Shown here piece by piece: positions 45,727 through 57,384 of a stretch of 64,000 bases of DNA. Numbering within the stretch: the stretch's first letter is position 1; every line of letters begins with the position of its first letter. The translations under genes were made by a program, and so were the position numbers. The notes below the pieces were generated by a model that was given only the letters and a program-made list of their open reading frames with translations, had not been told where the DNA came from and made no database searches. The stretch is from Pachysolen tannophilus NRRL Y-2460 (Eukaryota), in contig KV454015.1 of assembly GCA_001661245.1 (NCBI GenBank), positions 856,924 through 920,923 of the forward strand. The letters are read 5' to 3'.

Positions 45727-47117
45727 AGTGATTTTACAGCTTTTTTTTTTTAACGGTAAGATGGTTTACAGTATTCGCTACATTGCAAAATAGCTATATA
45801 TAATGCTCCACCCATCCACTTATTGCTACTTTCATATTTTCAAACTAGTGTTGGTTATAAAATAAAAAGCCAAAGTTAAGTTCTATCGTAGGAGAAACTA
45901 ACCTATATCTTCACTTACCTTTTATCAACTTCAAAAACACATCTTCCTAGTAACTAAAATATAAATTGAACTAAAAAAGGAAAACCTGATGATATGCCTC
46001 TCTACTTGCGGCTTGAACTTTAAAGTTAGCAGTTTCGGTTAAACCTTAATCTAGTGATTATTCTTCAATCTGATTTGCACAAGATAACATTTACCTAAGT
46101 TTGAAACTGTGATAAAAATCTGTCAAACAAAATGTTTTATAAACCTAGGATTCACTAGAGAGAAGCTAAAATATTTCAAATATACCTACATATTTATACA
46201 TGAAAACAAAGTTTGATTTAAATCTTTATTGAAATCAACTAACAAATAATTAAATTTCAAAGTTTTTCAAAAATCTTCAATGATTCAAGTTTTTCAAAGC
46301 TATACGTAGATAGGTACACAGTGTTTCTCCAAAAATTGCATACCTCAACATAACTCATCGAACTTTCTACAAAAAAAAAAAAAAAAATTCAAACGCTGCA
46401 TGTATTAGATCGTGAGTCGAACGTTGAACTAAGACAAAGTAGTAAATTCTTTTTCAATCTATAATAAAACTGAATCTGAAAACAATTAAAAGCAAAATAT
46501 ATCGGTGGATTCCAAAAAAAAAAAGCAAAAAAAAAAATTCAAAGAGTCTTGATTTTTGAACCTTAGTTTAATTTTTTGGAAAAATTGTGCTGAATTGATG
46601 GTTTCAAAGATTCAAAGGACATAGAAAAGCATCCAAATCTTACAAAAATAAATATAGCAACATAAAAATCCAACATATTATAGCGGGGTGATATCATGTA
46701 ATTAGAAAGAACTACAAGAAGATTTTAAATACTTCACAACTCTATCTAGTAAGATTTTGAGATAGTGAATTAAATTATTTGACCTAGAATTAGTGAAAAC
46801 TTTTACCATTTGTTATAAAAAACTCAAAACTTTTTAAGAAAAAACCGTAAAAAAACACTTTGAAAGAAACCAGTTCTCTTTATTTTCAAAACGCCGTTTA
46901 AACTCAGAACCATACCTAGTGATAAAATAGCAAATCGGATATAATACAAGATAAACTTTTAAACTGAAAAACCAAAGAAAAAAGAAAATCAAAGGACGAA
47001 AGAAATGAACTTATTTGTTTATATAAACACCGAGGAGATGAAATGAATGATTGATGTGAAAAAAAAAAAAAAATTTTTTTCTCTTGTTTATTTGTTATTA
47101 ATTTTTTTTATTTTTAT

Positions 47118-49889
47118 CTAAATCTTGGTCTTGAATAATCTTGTTCTCGTATAAACTTGAATGTCAACAATTAAAGAGTCCAATTCTTTAAAGTATTTTG
47201 GATCGCGAGTTAAATACCTGACTGCGTATTTGAAATGACCCAATGATAATGCCCATACAGTCAAATTTTTGTAATAGCTTAACAAAATTGCAACAATTTG
47301 TTTTGAATGGAATTTCATTAATTTGTGAATATTTTTGGAAACGGATAAAAACTTGAAGTCACGTTCACTAAATAAATAAGCAATTGAAGATGAAGTATTG
47401 CGGCCATCAATGTATAGCTCTGTTCTTGTAATCAAGCTTTCATATAACAATAAACATGAGAGATGATAATTGATATTTATCAATGCCGATGTTTCATCTT
47501 TGAAGAGAACCATTGGAAAATTAGAGTTTAATTTTTCTCCATTTTCTGCTTCATATTTGTTATCACTATATTTATTATATCCAATTTTCCTTAAAGACTG
47601 TGGAATTGCTTTACCAAAGCTATCGACAATTTTTTTTAACTCAATCCATTTTTTAACCATTTTTTGACTTACAAAATCGTCCTGTGTTAGACAAAAATTT
47701 TGGTTTAGGAAATCATTAATCATTTCTAAGTCAAAAGCAGATTTTCTTAACCACCACAAATCATCTTTTTCAGCGCAAAATGATCCATCAGAACTTTTGA
47801 AATCGACATCAAAATAGCGACTCAAATACTCAGAAATCTTGGAGTTGAATAATTGATCATGTAAAGTTGAAGGAGGAGCTAATGTCAATATTGTGGTATT
47901 TGGATTTTGTAATGACCATCTGTTAGGTAATTCCCATTTCAAAGAATCCGTTAAATCGTTGATGGTGATAATCCAAAATAGTGATTCCAAAAATTCTGTG
48001 TTTTCCAAACTATATACTTTGTTCAAATCAATTTTTTTCACATATTTTTCAGAAAGAAGAAAACTATTACTATCTCTATTCTTCTTTTTACGGAACTGTA
48101 CTTTTTTCGAATTTGCTTCATTGTTTAAAATTTCCAACAAGATAATTCTTGAACCAGTTATATGGTTTAATTGGTTGATATCTAAAAAATCACCAGCAAA
48201 ACTTTCATAAAGATTAAGCAACACAGAACTGATCAAAGTCCTTGTTAAGATTCTATTTTTTTCGCCAAGTTCCATACTCATTTGTTTTAATGCGGTGTTA
48301 TAATATTTCATGGAAAATGCAGAATCATAAGTATTTGGTTGATCACGATGCAAGTATAATGCACCACAACTCAACATACAGTTCATTATCATTCCACTCT
48401 CTTCGAATAATGCGATATGGGGTAATAATTTAGTAAAGAAAGGGACTGAACAATATATATCTAGCCAAGCAGAAATATTATTGATAAAATTATCTAAAAG
48501 TAATGCGTCTAGTGGATCACAAATATAAGGATCGCTACCGTCTGATTTCTCAATATTTTCCGAATCTATTTCTAATAACTGTGAAATGTTGAAGAATGAA
48601 GAAGAACTTGATTTTGCTTTTTCTTTCTGCAATTTTTTCATCAATGAATATAAATATTTTCTACTATAGATATTATTATGAATAACATCAAAACTAGGAG
48701 ATGTCGAGGAAGATGACGAAGATGAATCAGGTGAAGATGGAATTTCTTGGCCTTCACCCATTTGCTGAGAAGGTAGAACGTATTGATGTTGCTGTTCTTC
48801 AAATGAACTAACAAATTGATGTCGCACGGGTGTCAAATGTGTCATACCTTGCTGTTGATACATCATTGGGGAAACACCACTTGGTACAGACATTGGAGGG
48901 TATGTTACTACTTGCTGAGGTTGGGGAAGTGGTTGTTGTGCTAATTGTGTTAATTGTGTTTGCTGCAGTTGTTGCTGTTGTTGCGATGATGATGATGATG
49001 ATGATGTTGCACCAATGGGATTATATAGTTGAGTATGTTGAATATTATGCAGATGCAATGGTGGAGGATTTTGAGATGTGTTCATTAAAGGTTCGTAAAT
49101 AACTTGAAGTGGTGGTGGAGGCAGGTTAGACGGAGTTTTGCTACTAACTGTTGGGACAGTTAAATTTGAAACAAAACTAGGCCGTGATTGATATGCTCTG
49201 GATTGGTTTATCGAAGAATCAAATGAACCTGGTGTAGATGATTGTGATGTCGGAGTCGCGGTGCTAACTGATTGGAAACGTGGATGCTGTGACAGATGAG
49301 AACCTTGATACAGTGTTCCAGAAGTTCTCATCATAATATTTTGTTGTGTTAAATTCATGGGCAGCTGTTGTGGTAGAATTTGCGGTGGTACTTGCAGCTG
49401 ATATATAGGTGTTTGATATTGCAGGTAATTGAGCATCCCCTGCTGCTGAGGCAAAATATGAGGTTGCTGTTGTTGCTGTTGCTGTTGTTGTTGTAAAGGT
49501 AAAGTTCTATAAGGTGAGGATGAGGAAGTTGAAGGTTGGAAATTAAACTGTTCTGGGATAAATTGTGGATGCGGTTGATGTTGAGGTTGAGGTTGCTGCT
49601 GATATTGCTGCTGAAACTGAAGCAGAACTTGATCTTGGCCCAACCTCTGTTGTTGTAATTGTAATTGCTGCTGTAATTGTTGCTGTTGCTGTTGCTGTTG
49701 GAAAAATGGATAAGGTTGTTGTGTATACTGTTGGTTTGGATTAATGGTAATAATCGGATGTTGGTTTAAAGCTATATTCTGTTGTATGTCTTGTTGATTT
49801 CCAGCGGCACTTTCTTCATCTTGACTACTTGTCCTTCCCAAATTCGGGTTATAACTGGGTGTATTAGGATTGTGGTTAAACCCAGACAT
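47118..49889 (-). CDS. Q/P-rich protein with a C-terminal fungal transcription-factor regulatory domain; no Zn2Cys6 visible
   Basis: Long polyQ N-half. LLLDNFINNISAWLD...MNCMLSCGA...YYNTAL...SVLLNLYE...HITG resembles the Fungal_trans_2 domain. Confidence 0.65.
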   Translation of the reverse strand: MSGFNHNPNTPSYNPNLGRTSSQDEESAAGNQQDIQQNIALNQHPIITINPNQQYTQQPYPFFQQQQQQQQLQQQLQLQQQRLGQDQVLLQFQQQYQQQPQPQHQPHPQFIPEQFNFQPSTSSSSPYRTLPLQQQQQQQQQQPHILPQQQGMLNYLQYQTPIYQLQVPPQILPQQLPMNLTQQNIMMRTSGTLYQGSHLSQHPRFQSVSTATPTSQSSTPGSFDSSINQSRAYQSRPSFVSNLTVPTVSSKTPSNLPPPPLQVIYEPLMNTSQNPPPLHLHNIQHTQLYNPIGATSSSSSSSQQQQQLQQTQLTQLAQQPLPQPQQVVTYPPMSVPSGVSPMMYQQQGMTHLTPVRHQFVSSFEEQQHQYVLPSQQMGEGQEIPSSPDSSSSSSSTSPSFDVIHNNIYSRKYLYSLMKKLQKEKAKSSSSSFFNISQLLEIDSENIEKSDGSDPYICDPLDALLLDNFINNISAWLDIYCSVPFFTKLLPHIALFEESGMIMNCMLSCGALYLHRDQPNTYDSAFSMKYYNTALKQMSMELGEKNRILTRTLISSVLLNLYESFAGDFLDINQLNHITGSRIILLEILNNEANSKKVQFRKKKNRDSNSFLLSEKYVKKIDLNKVYSLENTEFLESLFWIITINDLTDSLKWELPNRWSLQNPNTTILTLAPPSTLHDQLFNSKISEYLSRYFDVDFKSSDGSFCAEKDDLWWLRKSAFDLEMINDFLNQNFCLTQDDFVSQKMVKKWIELKKIVDSFGKAIPQSLRKIGYNKYSDNKYEAENGEKLNSNFPMVLFKDETSALININYHLSCLLLYESLITRTELYIDGRNTSSSIAYLFSERDFKFLSVSKNIHKLMKFHSKQIVAILLSYYKNLTVWALSLGHFKYAVRYLTRDPKYFKELDSLIVDIQVYTRTRLFKTKI

Positions 49890-50013
49890 GTAGATATTTT
49901 TATTTTAATATTAAAACTAAAATAAAATTAAAAGTATTATAAAAAATATTATAATAAAACAGGTAAACAATAGTACCGAATTCTGTTAAATCATATAGCG
50001 AGTGCGCATAAAA

Positions 50014-50067
<54 letters not shown>

Positions 50068-50383
50068 NNNNNNNNNNNNNNNNNNNNNNNNNNNNNNNNN
50101 NNNNNNNNNNNNNNNNNNNNNNNNNNNNNNNNNNNNNNNNNNNNNNNNNNNNNNNNNNNNNNNNNNNNNNNNNNNNNNNNNNNNNNNNNNNNNNNNNNNN
50201 NNNNNNNNNNNNNNNNNNNNNNNNNNNNNNNNNNNNNNNNNNNNNNNNNNNNNNNNNNNNNNNNNNNNNNNNNNNNNNNNNNNNNNNNNNNNNNNNNNNN
50301 NNNNNNNNNNNNNNNNNNNNNNNNNNNNNNNNNNNNNNNNNNNNNNNNNNNNNNNNNNNNNNNNNNNNNNNNNNNNNNNNNNN
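50068..50383. other. Assembly gap
   Basis: Run of N preceded by a long poly(A). Confidence 0.99.
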
Positions 50384-51976
50384 GATTGTTGACAGGAAAT
50401 CTAAGACTTAAAACCAAGGGTGATTAGTAACTTATTTTTCCAGTTCTTACCTAAGTTTTTAATTTTTTATTTAATAAAGAAGAAATAGGGGACTAGTAAT
50501 GTAATATTTCAAAGCTCCACCTTCTTTAAAGAGATTATTATAAAATTATAAATATATATCTAAATATATATTTATATATAGGTATAGATATATATATATA
50601 TATATATAATATGCAAGATAATATAATAAAAATGAATTTCGATTTAGATTGTCGAATAACAATGCCTGTCTAACTAAGAAATTACTGTGGGATAATACAG
50701 AAAAGAAAAAAAAAAATTATTAATTGACTTTAAGTAAACTTTATTCAACATCTTATTGTTATAACGTTATTTAATGTGATAACTGAACACCGCGGTGAAC
50801 ATTGCAGCGAAGGTAATTCTGTTAATTTCCTCCGTCCTACCTATACCTACATACCTACATTCACCTACTTCTTAATTTCTTTTTATTAATTTGCAGCAGA
50901 AGCAGTACTAGTTCCGAAAAAAGTTTATCAGAAATAGACTTTTTTTTCTTTTTTTTTTTTGATATTTTATTTTTATTTTTTATGGCTGCACTTTACGATT
51001 AAGCGTCGAACTTACTCGGTTATCTATTATTCATCTACAGGACAATACTATTTTACTTTTTAAGATGAAACATTTATCTATTATCTACCTATCTTTTATC
51101 CATATTGCTTTAATATATTTAGTACCGACTCATCAGCTAATTTTATTTTCTGCTTTCATTTCTCTTTCCAAAGATGCAGCAGCCCTACGAAAAAACGAAA
51201 ATCTTTCTCGGTTGTCGAAAGAAAAGTGTAGACGAGAGAAGAAAAAATTTTTTTCTTTTTTTTTCTTTTTCCTTCTTTCAAAGTTTATTTTAAAAATCTC
51301 GTTTGATTTTTTTTTTTGCTATTTAAAAGCAAAAAAGGCTCGAAGTAAAAAACCAATCAAGAATCAATCTCAAAATCACAATCATTCTTAAAAATAAGGT
51401 GCAAGGTCTTAATGTGTAAGTAAAACAAAAAAAAAAAAAATAAGGAAAAGTAGATGTCATGTACTTTTACGCCTCAATAGTTTTTTTCGTTACATGTGAT
51501 TGCATTATGTGATCAATAACGTACCAAGAAAAAATGCGAATATATGCTCAGTCTAAACTATTTTTTTAATTTTTAATTTCATTTTATTTTACGTTATTTT
51601 CATAAGCATTTTATTGAATGTGATAGGACCAGATTTGAAGTTATGTTTGACATGCAGCACATGCCTTATTCAAAACGAAAAAGTTCCAAGATAATTCTAT
51701 TATCTCTAATCTTCAATTTTTATTGTTTTCAAGTATAAATATGAATTTATGCACCTTAATTAAGAGAGAAATCTTGTCATATGCAAGGAAAAAAAAATAA
51801 AAAAAAATAAAAAAAAAACTTTACCCTGGTTACATATTGTTAAAGACCGAAGAAAAATTTCTATTTTTTTTTTTTTTTTAATTACTTTCCTTCCTTTTTG
51901 GCCTAAAATGGATTATTTCAAAGTTAAAAATAAAAAGTACATGAATTATTATTATATTGTTTGTCTATTTAGTAAC

Positions 51977-53356
51977 TTAAAACTTTTCTCTATTAACAGA
52001 ATATACACTGGGGAAAGCTATTGAGCTTGCAAATTTTATCAATTTTAACCTGGAGAAAATATGTCCTTTAATTAATTTTTGATCTATTAGACTGACTAGA
52101 ACGTTTTCTACTATTAAGTCGTCAATCATTTCTGTATTTTGAAATGTAGATGGAAGAAATATCTTGTATGCATAATATGTTTCATCTAAATTATCATTCA
52201 ATAATGAAACTGTTAGGCCAGTTTTAATTGAATCAAATGATAACGTATTTCTTGTCAAATCTCTACAATTCAAATAAACTTTATAAACCAAATTTCTTAA
52301 TATGATTATTCTTATTCTTTGTATGAATAATATTGATAATTTTTCATTTTTCATAAAATGATCATGTTGTATTAAATAATTATTAAATTTTTGGAAATCT
52401 CCATTTTTCACATATTTTGTTATAGGTAAATAAAATAAGAGTAAATTTTGAATCTTGTCATTATTAAATTTTTGTAATAATATTGAAAATTCTTGTAAAT
52501 TAGGAAATTTACCTATTAATATTGCACATGGTAATAAATACTTTAAAATTATTAATACATTTTTCAGTGGACAAGTATATATGTTTAAATTGTTAAAACA
52601 CCAATAAAATTCATCAAAACTTTTAATTAAATCATTTTGGAAAAGATAAAATTTCCCAATTAAAAATCTATAATTAATTTTATTAGATTTTGTTAAATTG
52701 TTAAATTTTATATTTAAATTCTTAATATTTGTTAAAATATTATTACATAATTTGGGTTTATCAATTAAAAAATAAATTTTCATCAATTTAATTGCAACAA
52801 ATGATATAACATTTTCATCAATAACAGTTTTAGAAATTATCAATTTGGTAAATATTGATAATAATAATTCAGTCAAATACTCTAACCGACAAAATTTTTT
52901 ATAATTCTTATTAATCATTAATAATTTTCCATCAATCTTTACAAGTAAAGGTATAAGGAAATTTGTTAACCTAATTAAAGTTTGTTGGAAAAGTTTGATT
53001 AATTCTTTATTTTCAAAACATTTAGATAAATTCTTAAAATATGCTAAAATAATATCTATTGATTGTAAAATAGACCAAGGATTAAAATTTTGAACAAATT
53101 TTAAATAACTAAGAATTAATCGGTTAAAATTGTTATATTTATTACCTAAAAATTCTTGAGATTCAATCTTATTTAAAAGTACTTCATCATTTAAACCATT
53201 ATTTGAATTTAAATCTTTCTGTAAACTAGCAATCTTAACATCGTTTAAATTCGATAATGACAAGAAATTTGATAGATTTAATTCACAGTCTTTAGCAGGA
53301 AGCTTCAAATAATTATGAATTGAAACAAAAAATGATTCCAAATCAAACGACGACAT
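51977..53356 (-). CDS. THP1: PCI-domain TREX-2 subunit Thp1/PCID2
   Basis: IASLQKDL, FNPWS, KIYFLIDKPKLCNNI, YRFLIGKFYL and ENVLVSLIDQKLIKG resemble Thp1. Confidence 0.75.
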   Translation of the reverse strand: MSSFDLESFFVSIHNYLKLPAKDCELNLSNFLSLSNLNDVKIASLQKDLNSNNGLNDEVLLNKIESQEFLGNKYNNFNRLILSYLKFVQNFNPWSILQSIDIILAYFKNLSKCFENKELIKLFQQTLIRLTNFLIPLLVKIDGKLLMINKNYKKFCRLEYLTELLLSIFTKLIISKTVIDENVISFVAIKLMKIYFLIDKPKLCNNILTNIKNLNIKFNNLTKSNKINYRFLIGKFYLFQNDLIKSFDEFYWCFNNLNIYTCPLKNVLIILKYLLPCAILIGKFPNLQEFSILLQKFNNDKIQNLLLFYLPITKYVKNGDFQKFNNYLIQHDHFMKNEKLSILFIQRIRIIILRNLVYKVYLNCRDLTRNTLSFDSIKTGLTVSLLNDNLDETYYAYKIFLPSTFQNTEMIDDLIVENVLVSLIDQKLIKGHIFSRLKLIKFASSIAFPSVYSVNREKF

Positions 53357-53769
53357 TGGGTTTCAATAAATCATATTTGATCAATTGATGAATTTTTGTT
53401 TCACATCTTCATCTTCCTTCATCTTGATTTTAGCTTTCTTTTTTTAAAATTATGGTCGTGCTCGAAAAAACAAAATGTGCGTACGCACTTTAAAAAAAAC
53501 GCGCACAAATTGTGGGCACAAAATTGCACAAAGTGCGCAGCATTTTTTTTTATTTTTATTTTTTTTTGCTTTGTAAGAGCTCGTCTCGTCTATAGCTAGC
53601 CAGATACTGGTTTGGTTACCTGCTGTTTTATGAAAACTACCACCACCATCAAAAACACCACCAACACTAGAATCACCATTAGCATCTAGTGTTACCGAGA
53701 CTAAGTTTGTTTTGTTATTCTTTGAGTGATAATTTTTCATTTTGGTAGATATTTCTTAATTCATGAAAG

Positions 53770-55083
53770 ATGAATATTGCTTCAGAAAGAGTTCCCGGTG
53801 CTAATAGAAAGCCCATAGTTTTGAAAAGAACTCAGGTACAAAAAAAACTGGCAACAGCATCATCATCATCAACAACAACAACAACAGCAACATCATCAAC
53901 ATCGTCGTCATCGCTGAATAACAATAGTAATAATTCGAAGAAACCCTCATTGAAGATTGTGGTCAGACTTCTTCCGCCTAACTTGGTGCTGGATGATTTT
54001 TTCAAACAGATTTCGAATGAAGTAAATCAAGATACTATTGATGATAAGTATTATGTTCAGGGGAAATATTCATCAAAGCCATTTGAGCTTCCAACATATT
54101 CAAGAGCTTACATTTTGTTTAAATCGGAAAATTATTTAAATAATTTCAAAAAGAGATCATATGAGCCTGATTTTATATTTAAAAATAGTTTACAAGAAGA
54201 TAATGAATTACCACAAGAGGTACTACTGGAAAAACTGATAAAACAAGGAAAAGAACAAAATTTTAATCAAGATGAACAATTTAGACCTATTGTTGAGATG
54301 GCATTATATGAAAAGATGACAAGTCGAAACCTGCTAAAATTCAGTAATAAAATGAATAACAGTTTAAGGGACGATCCAGTTTTCAAGATTTTTCAAAATT
54401 GGATTCAAAATAAAGATAAGGAAGAAGAACCAGAATCATTTATAAGGAAAAATATAGAATTGATAAAGGAAGCAGAAAGAAAAAAACGTTTGCTGAAAAA
54501 GCAGGAACTGGTAAAATTAAAGAGATCTTTGAATAAGGCCAAGAAATCTCAAAAGTCTACAGAAACACAAAAACTGGATTCAAAGAAACAGAAAAAACTT
54601 AATGCTAAGGGAGCGAAAAAAGTAAATGATCATGGACCAAAAAAAAACAGCGACGCTACCGTAGAAAAGAAGAAATTGGGAAATAGGAAAGAAGATGTGT
54701 CTACCAAGAATAATAATAATAACAACAACAACAACAACAGTAATAATGTTAAAAAGTCAGAGAATCGCCATAAGCATAGAACTCTGAATAAAAAGAAAGA
54801 ACCAAATTCGACAGCACCAGAAAATTCTTCCCAAATATCTTCAGCCCCACCAAATAATAAAAGCAACAACAAGAAACAATCTCACCCAAAGAAGGAAAAA
54901 CCTGACAATAATGTTGTTAAGAATGCACACACTAAAAGAGGTCCACGTAAGAAAAAAAATAATAGTTCAGGTAATAATAATGATGGATCTAGTATGACTG
55001 ATGTAAATAGATTAAATGACGAAGGAAAAAAATTACAAAAGCCAAAGATATTGAAAAGAGCTACACCTCCTTCAACGGAATGA
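53770..55083 (+). CDS. UPF3: Nonsense-mediated decay factor Upf3
   Basis: KIVVRLLPPNL, YYVQGKYSSKPF..PTYSRAYILF (Smg4/UPF3 RRM) and a basic tail. Confidence 0.9.
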   Translation: MNIASERVPGANRKPIVLKRTQVQKKLATASSSSTTTTTATSSTSSSSLNNNSNNSKKPSLKIVVRLLPPNLVLDDFFKQISNEVNQDTIDDKYYVQGKYSSKPFELPTYSRAYILFKSENYLNNFKKRSYEPDFIFKNSLQEDNELPQEVLLEKLIKQGKEQNFNQDEQFRPIVEMALYEKMTSRNLLKFSNKMNNSLRDDPVFKIFQNWIQNKDKEEEPESFIRKNIELIKEAERKKRLLKKQELVKLKRSLNKAKKSQKSTETQKLDSKKQKKLNAKGAKKVNDHGPKKNSDATVEKKKLGNRKEDVSTKNNNNNNNNNNSNNVKKSENRHKHRTLNKKKEPNSTAPENSSQISSAPPNNKSNNKKQSHPKKEKPDNNVVKNAHTKRGPRKKKNNSSGNNNDGSSMTDVNRLNDEGKKLQKPKILKRATPPSTE

Positions 55084-55485
55084 AAATTACATGCTATAGT
55101 ATATAGAATTGGAAAAAAAGAAAAAAAAACTTTAAATTTATCTCAATTACTTTTTCATAGATTAACAGATTAGTAAAATAATTTGCTGTAAATATTAATC
55201 GTAAAAAGTATATATATTAAAAAAATTTAACATCCACATCAAAAAGAAAAAAAAAAGAAAAAAAAATAAAGCCTACTTATAAGTAATCAAAATCATAAAC
55301 TATCAACAAGATTATTAAAAAGAAAAATTGAAAACAACAACAAAAAAAAAAAGAAACATCTTCAACAGATTTATACAGTTCAGATTCATTTTTATTAAGT
55401 TTCTTAATTTTTGATTTTTTTTTTTTTTTTTTTTTATTTATTTATTTATTATTATTTGTTTATCCTCATGTCCCTTCAAACCAAA

Positions 55486-57066
55486 CTAATTCACTTCAAT
55501 GTATTCAACATTTTCCTTTGCTTTCTTTATGGCATCAGTTGCCTCCACACCTGTCAACCCATGTTTAACTCTGATGTGTCTAGATAATGCATCACCACGA
55601 CTAAATGTCTTTTTTGCAGCTCTGATATTTTTTGTTTTATTGTAATCGTCTTCACAGAGAGTACATTTATAAATTTTCTTTCTTTCCGCATGAATTGTTT
55701 CTTGATGTCTAACCAAGTCATAAGGTCTTGAAAATTGTTTCAAGCAAGTTTTATTAGTTAACGGATTAATTAAAAAACATTGATGAACACCGTCATTACC
55801 TTTCGGAGTGTTCATAGATGACTTTCTTCTTTGTCTATTTAAAGAATCTTCATTTGAAGAAATTTCAAAATCAATCTCATGTTTTGAAGGAACAACTTCA
55901 ACTGACGAGGAAGATGAAGAAGATGAAGAGTTTGGTGGGGTTTCTAATGACAAAGTTTCATTTTTTAAAGGAACATGATTATTAGTAAATGGTGCTTGAT
56001 TGCTGTTATCATCTTCTATCTTTATATGATGCTGCAGTTGCTCAATATCATTATTATTGTCCCCTTTACCGAGATGTGTATCTTTTGATTGTGGAGTTAT
56101 GGGCAAGATATCATCGACATTAAACGATAAGGGAGAAGAACGTAACAGTCCACCTGCCGATTTAGAAGCAGTACTTGTTGTATATAAATCGTCATCTTCA
56201 TTAATGGTTGTTGAAGGAGGACTAAAAGATTGATCATTTTGAAGACCAAAATCGGTATCCATTAAGTCGTCCTCATCTTCATCTTCATCATCCTCGTCTT
56301 CATCTTCAGATAATTCCTCGTTGAATAATTCCTCGGGTGTCAAATAAACTTTTGACTCCTCCGGTAATATGTAAAAATGAGAATCACTTTGACCACTAAA
56401 TAATCCATTAGACAGAGCACCTCCCAACATCAACTCTTCGGGTAATTTCAAATGAGCATCTCTTGGCGACACCGTTAAAGGATCATCTATATGCTGGATT
56501 GGAAATCCGAAATTCTGTTGCAGATAATGATGAAGATTATATTGCTGTGGGTGCTGCTGGCTGTGGTGATTATGATGCTGATTCTGCTGCTGTTGTTGCT
56601 GTTGTTGATGTTGCTGATGATGGGTTTGATGATTTTGATGACTTTGATGATTTTGATGCTGCTGATTCTGATGATGATGATGATTATTAAATGTGTTGAA
56701 GATCAGAGGATTAGCATAAAGGTTAAACGGTTGCACCGAATCACTTCTATCATCATTTGTAGTACTAGTATAAAAATCCTCCAAGTTCTCATCATCCTCA
56801 TTTCCAGAAAACATCTCCTCATCTTCATCGTTTATCAACAGCGGGGTATCAAGCAACAAGTTATGATGCTGAATCATAGAATCAGGAATTGATAAATATT
56901 CCTGCGAAGAATTTTTTTGAAGTTGATGATGATTCAATAAAGCATGTGGAAGTAAAGGACTAGAAGAATTCGATCTACCGTTAGAACCCGGTATATGGTA
57001 TAATTCATCTTCCATCACATCTGTTAAAGTCCTTCTTAACTTTGGTAAATTAGCTAATGATGCCAT
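55486..57066 (-). CDS. RPN4: Proteasome-gene C2H2 zinc-finger transcription factor Rpn4
   Basis: Start MASLANLPKLRRTLTDVMEDELYH (ATG 57066), acidic tracts, CLKQFSRPYDLVRHQETIH and KTFSRGDALSRHIRVKH. Confidence 0.93.
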   Translation of the reverse strand: MASLANLPKLRRTLTDVMEDELYHIPGSNGRSNSSSPLLPHALLNHHQLQKNSSQEYLSIPDSMIQHHNLLLDTPLLINDEDEEMFSGNEDDENLEDFYTSTTNDDRSDSVQPFNLYANPLIFNTFNNHHHHQNQQHQNHQSHQNHQTHHQQHQQQQQQQQNQHHNHHSQQHPQQYNLHHYLQQNFGFPIQHIDDPLTVSPRDAHLKLPEELMLGGALSNGLFSGQSDSHFYILPEESKVYLTPEELFNEELSEDEDEDDEDEDEDDLMDTDFGLQNDQSFSPPSTTINEDDDLYTTSTASKSAGGLLRSSPLSFNVDDILPITPQSKDTHLGKGDNNNDIEQLQHHIKIEDDNSNQAPFTNNHVPLKNETLSLETPPNSSSSSSSSSVEVVPSKHEIDFEISSNEDSLNRQRRKSSMNTPKGNDGVHQCFLINPLTNKTCLKQFSRPYDLVRHQETIHAERKKIYKCTLCEDDYNKTKNIRAAKKTFSRGDALSRHIRVKHGLTGVEATDAIKKAKENVEYIEVN

Positions 57067-57384
57067 ATTCAAAAAAAAAAATAAAGAAAAAATATCCAAA
57101 TAATTTAAAACTAATCAAAAAATAATAATTCTTTTCTAACGGCGTTTAATTTTTTTTGTTTTTTTTTTATATAATCAATAAAAATTGGGTTGCTTGCTAT
57201 CTTTTAACGCCAATTCAAACAGATCTCTCTTTTTTAATACGAGACCCGAATCAAACCAATAATAAAGAATAAAAGAAAAAGAAAAATAAAAAAAAATAAA
57301 AAAAAGATCAATATATAAAAAAATGTAAAGTAATAATTTAAAAAATATATATATATATATATATTATTTGTTTGATTGTATTAT

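Noticed and set aside
45727..47117. 1.4-kb intergenic region as possible LTR, pseudogene or centromere
   Set aside because: I found no TG...CA with target-site duplication, no coherent reading frame and no CDE motifs by eye.
49986..50427. ORFs spanning N runs (also 62533-63459)
   Set aside because: They are gap artefacts.
51065..51391. 108-aa ORF in the intergenic region
   Set aside because: Its composition comes from A/T tracts (poly-F/K) with no family signal.
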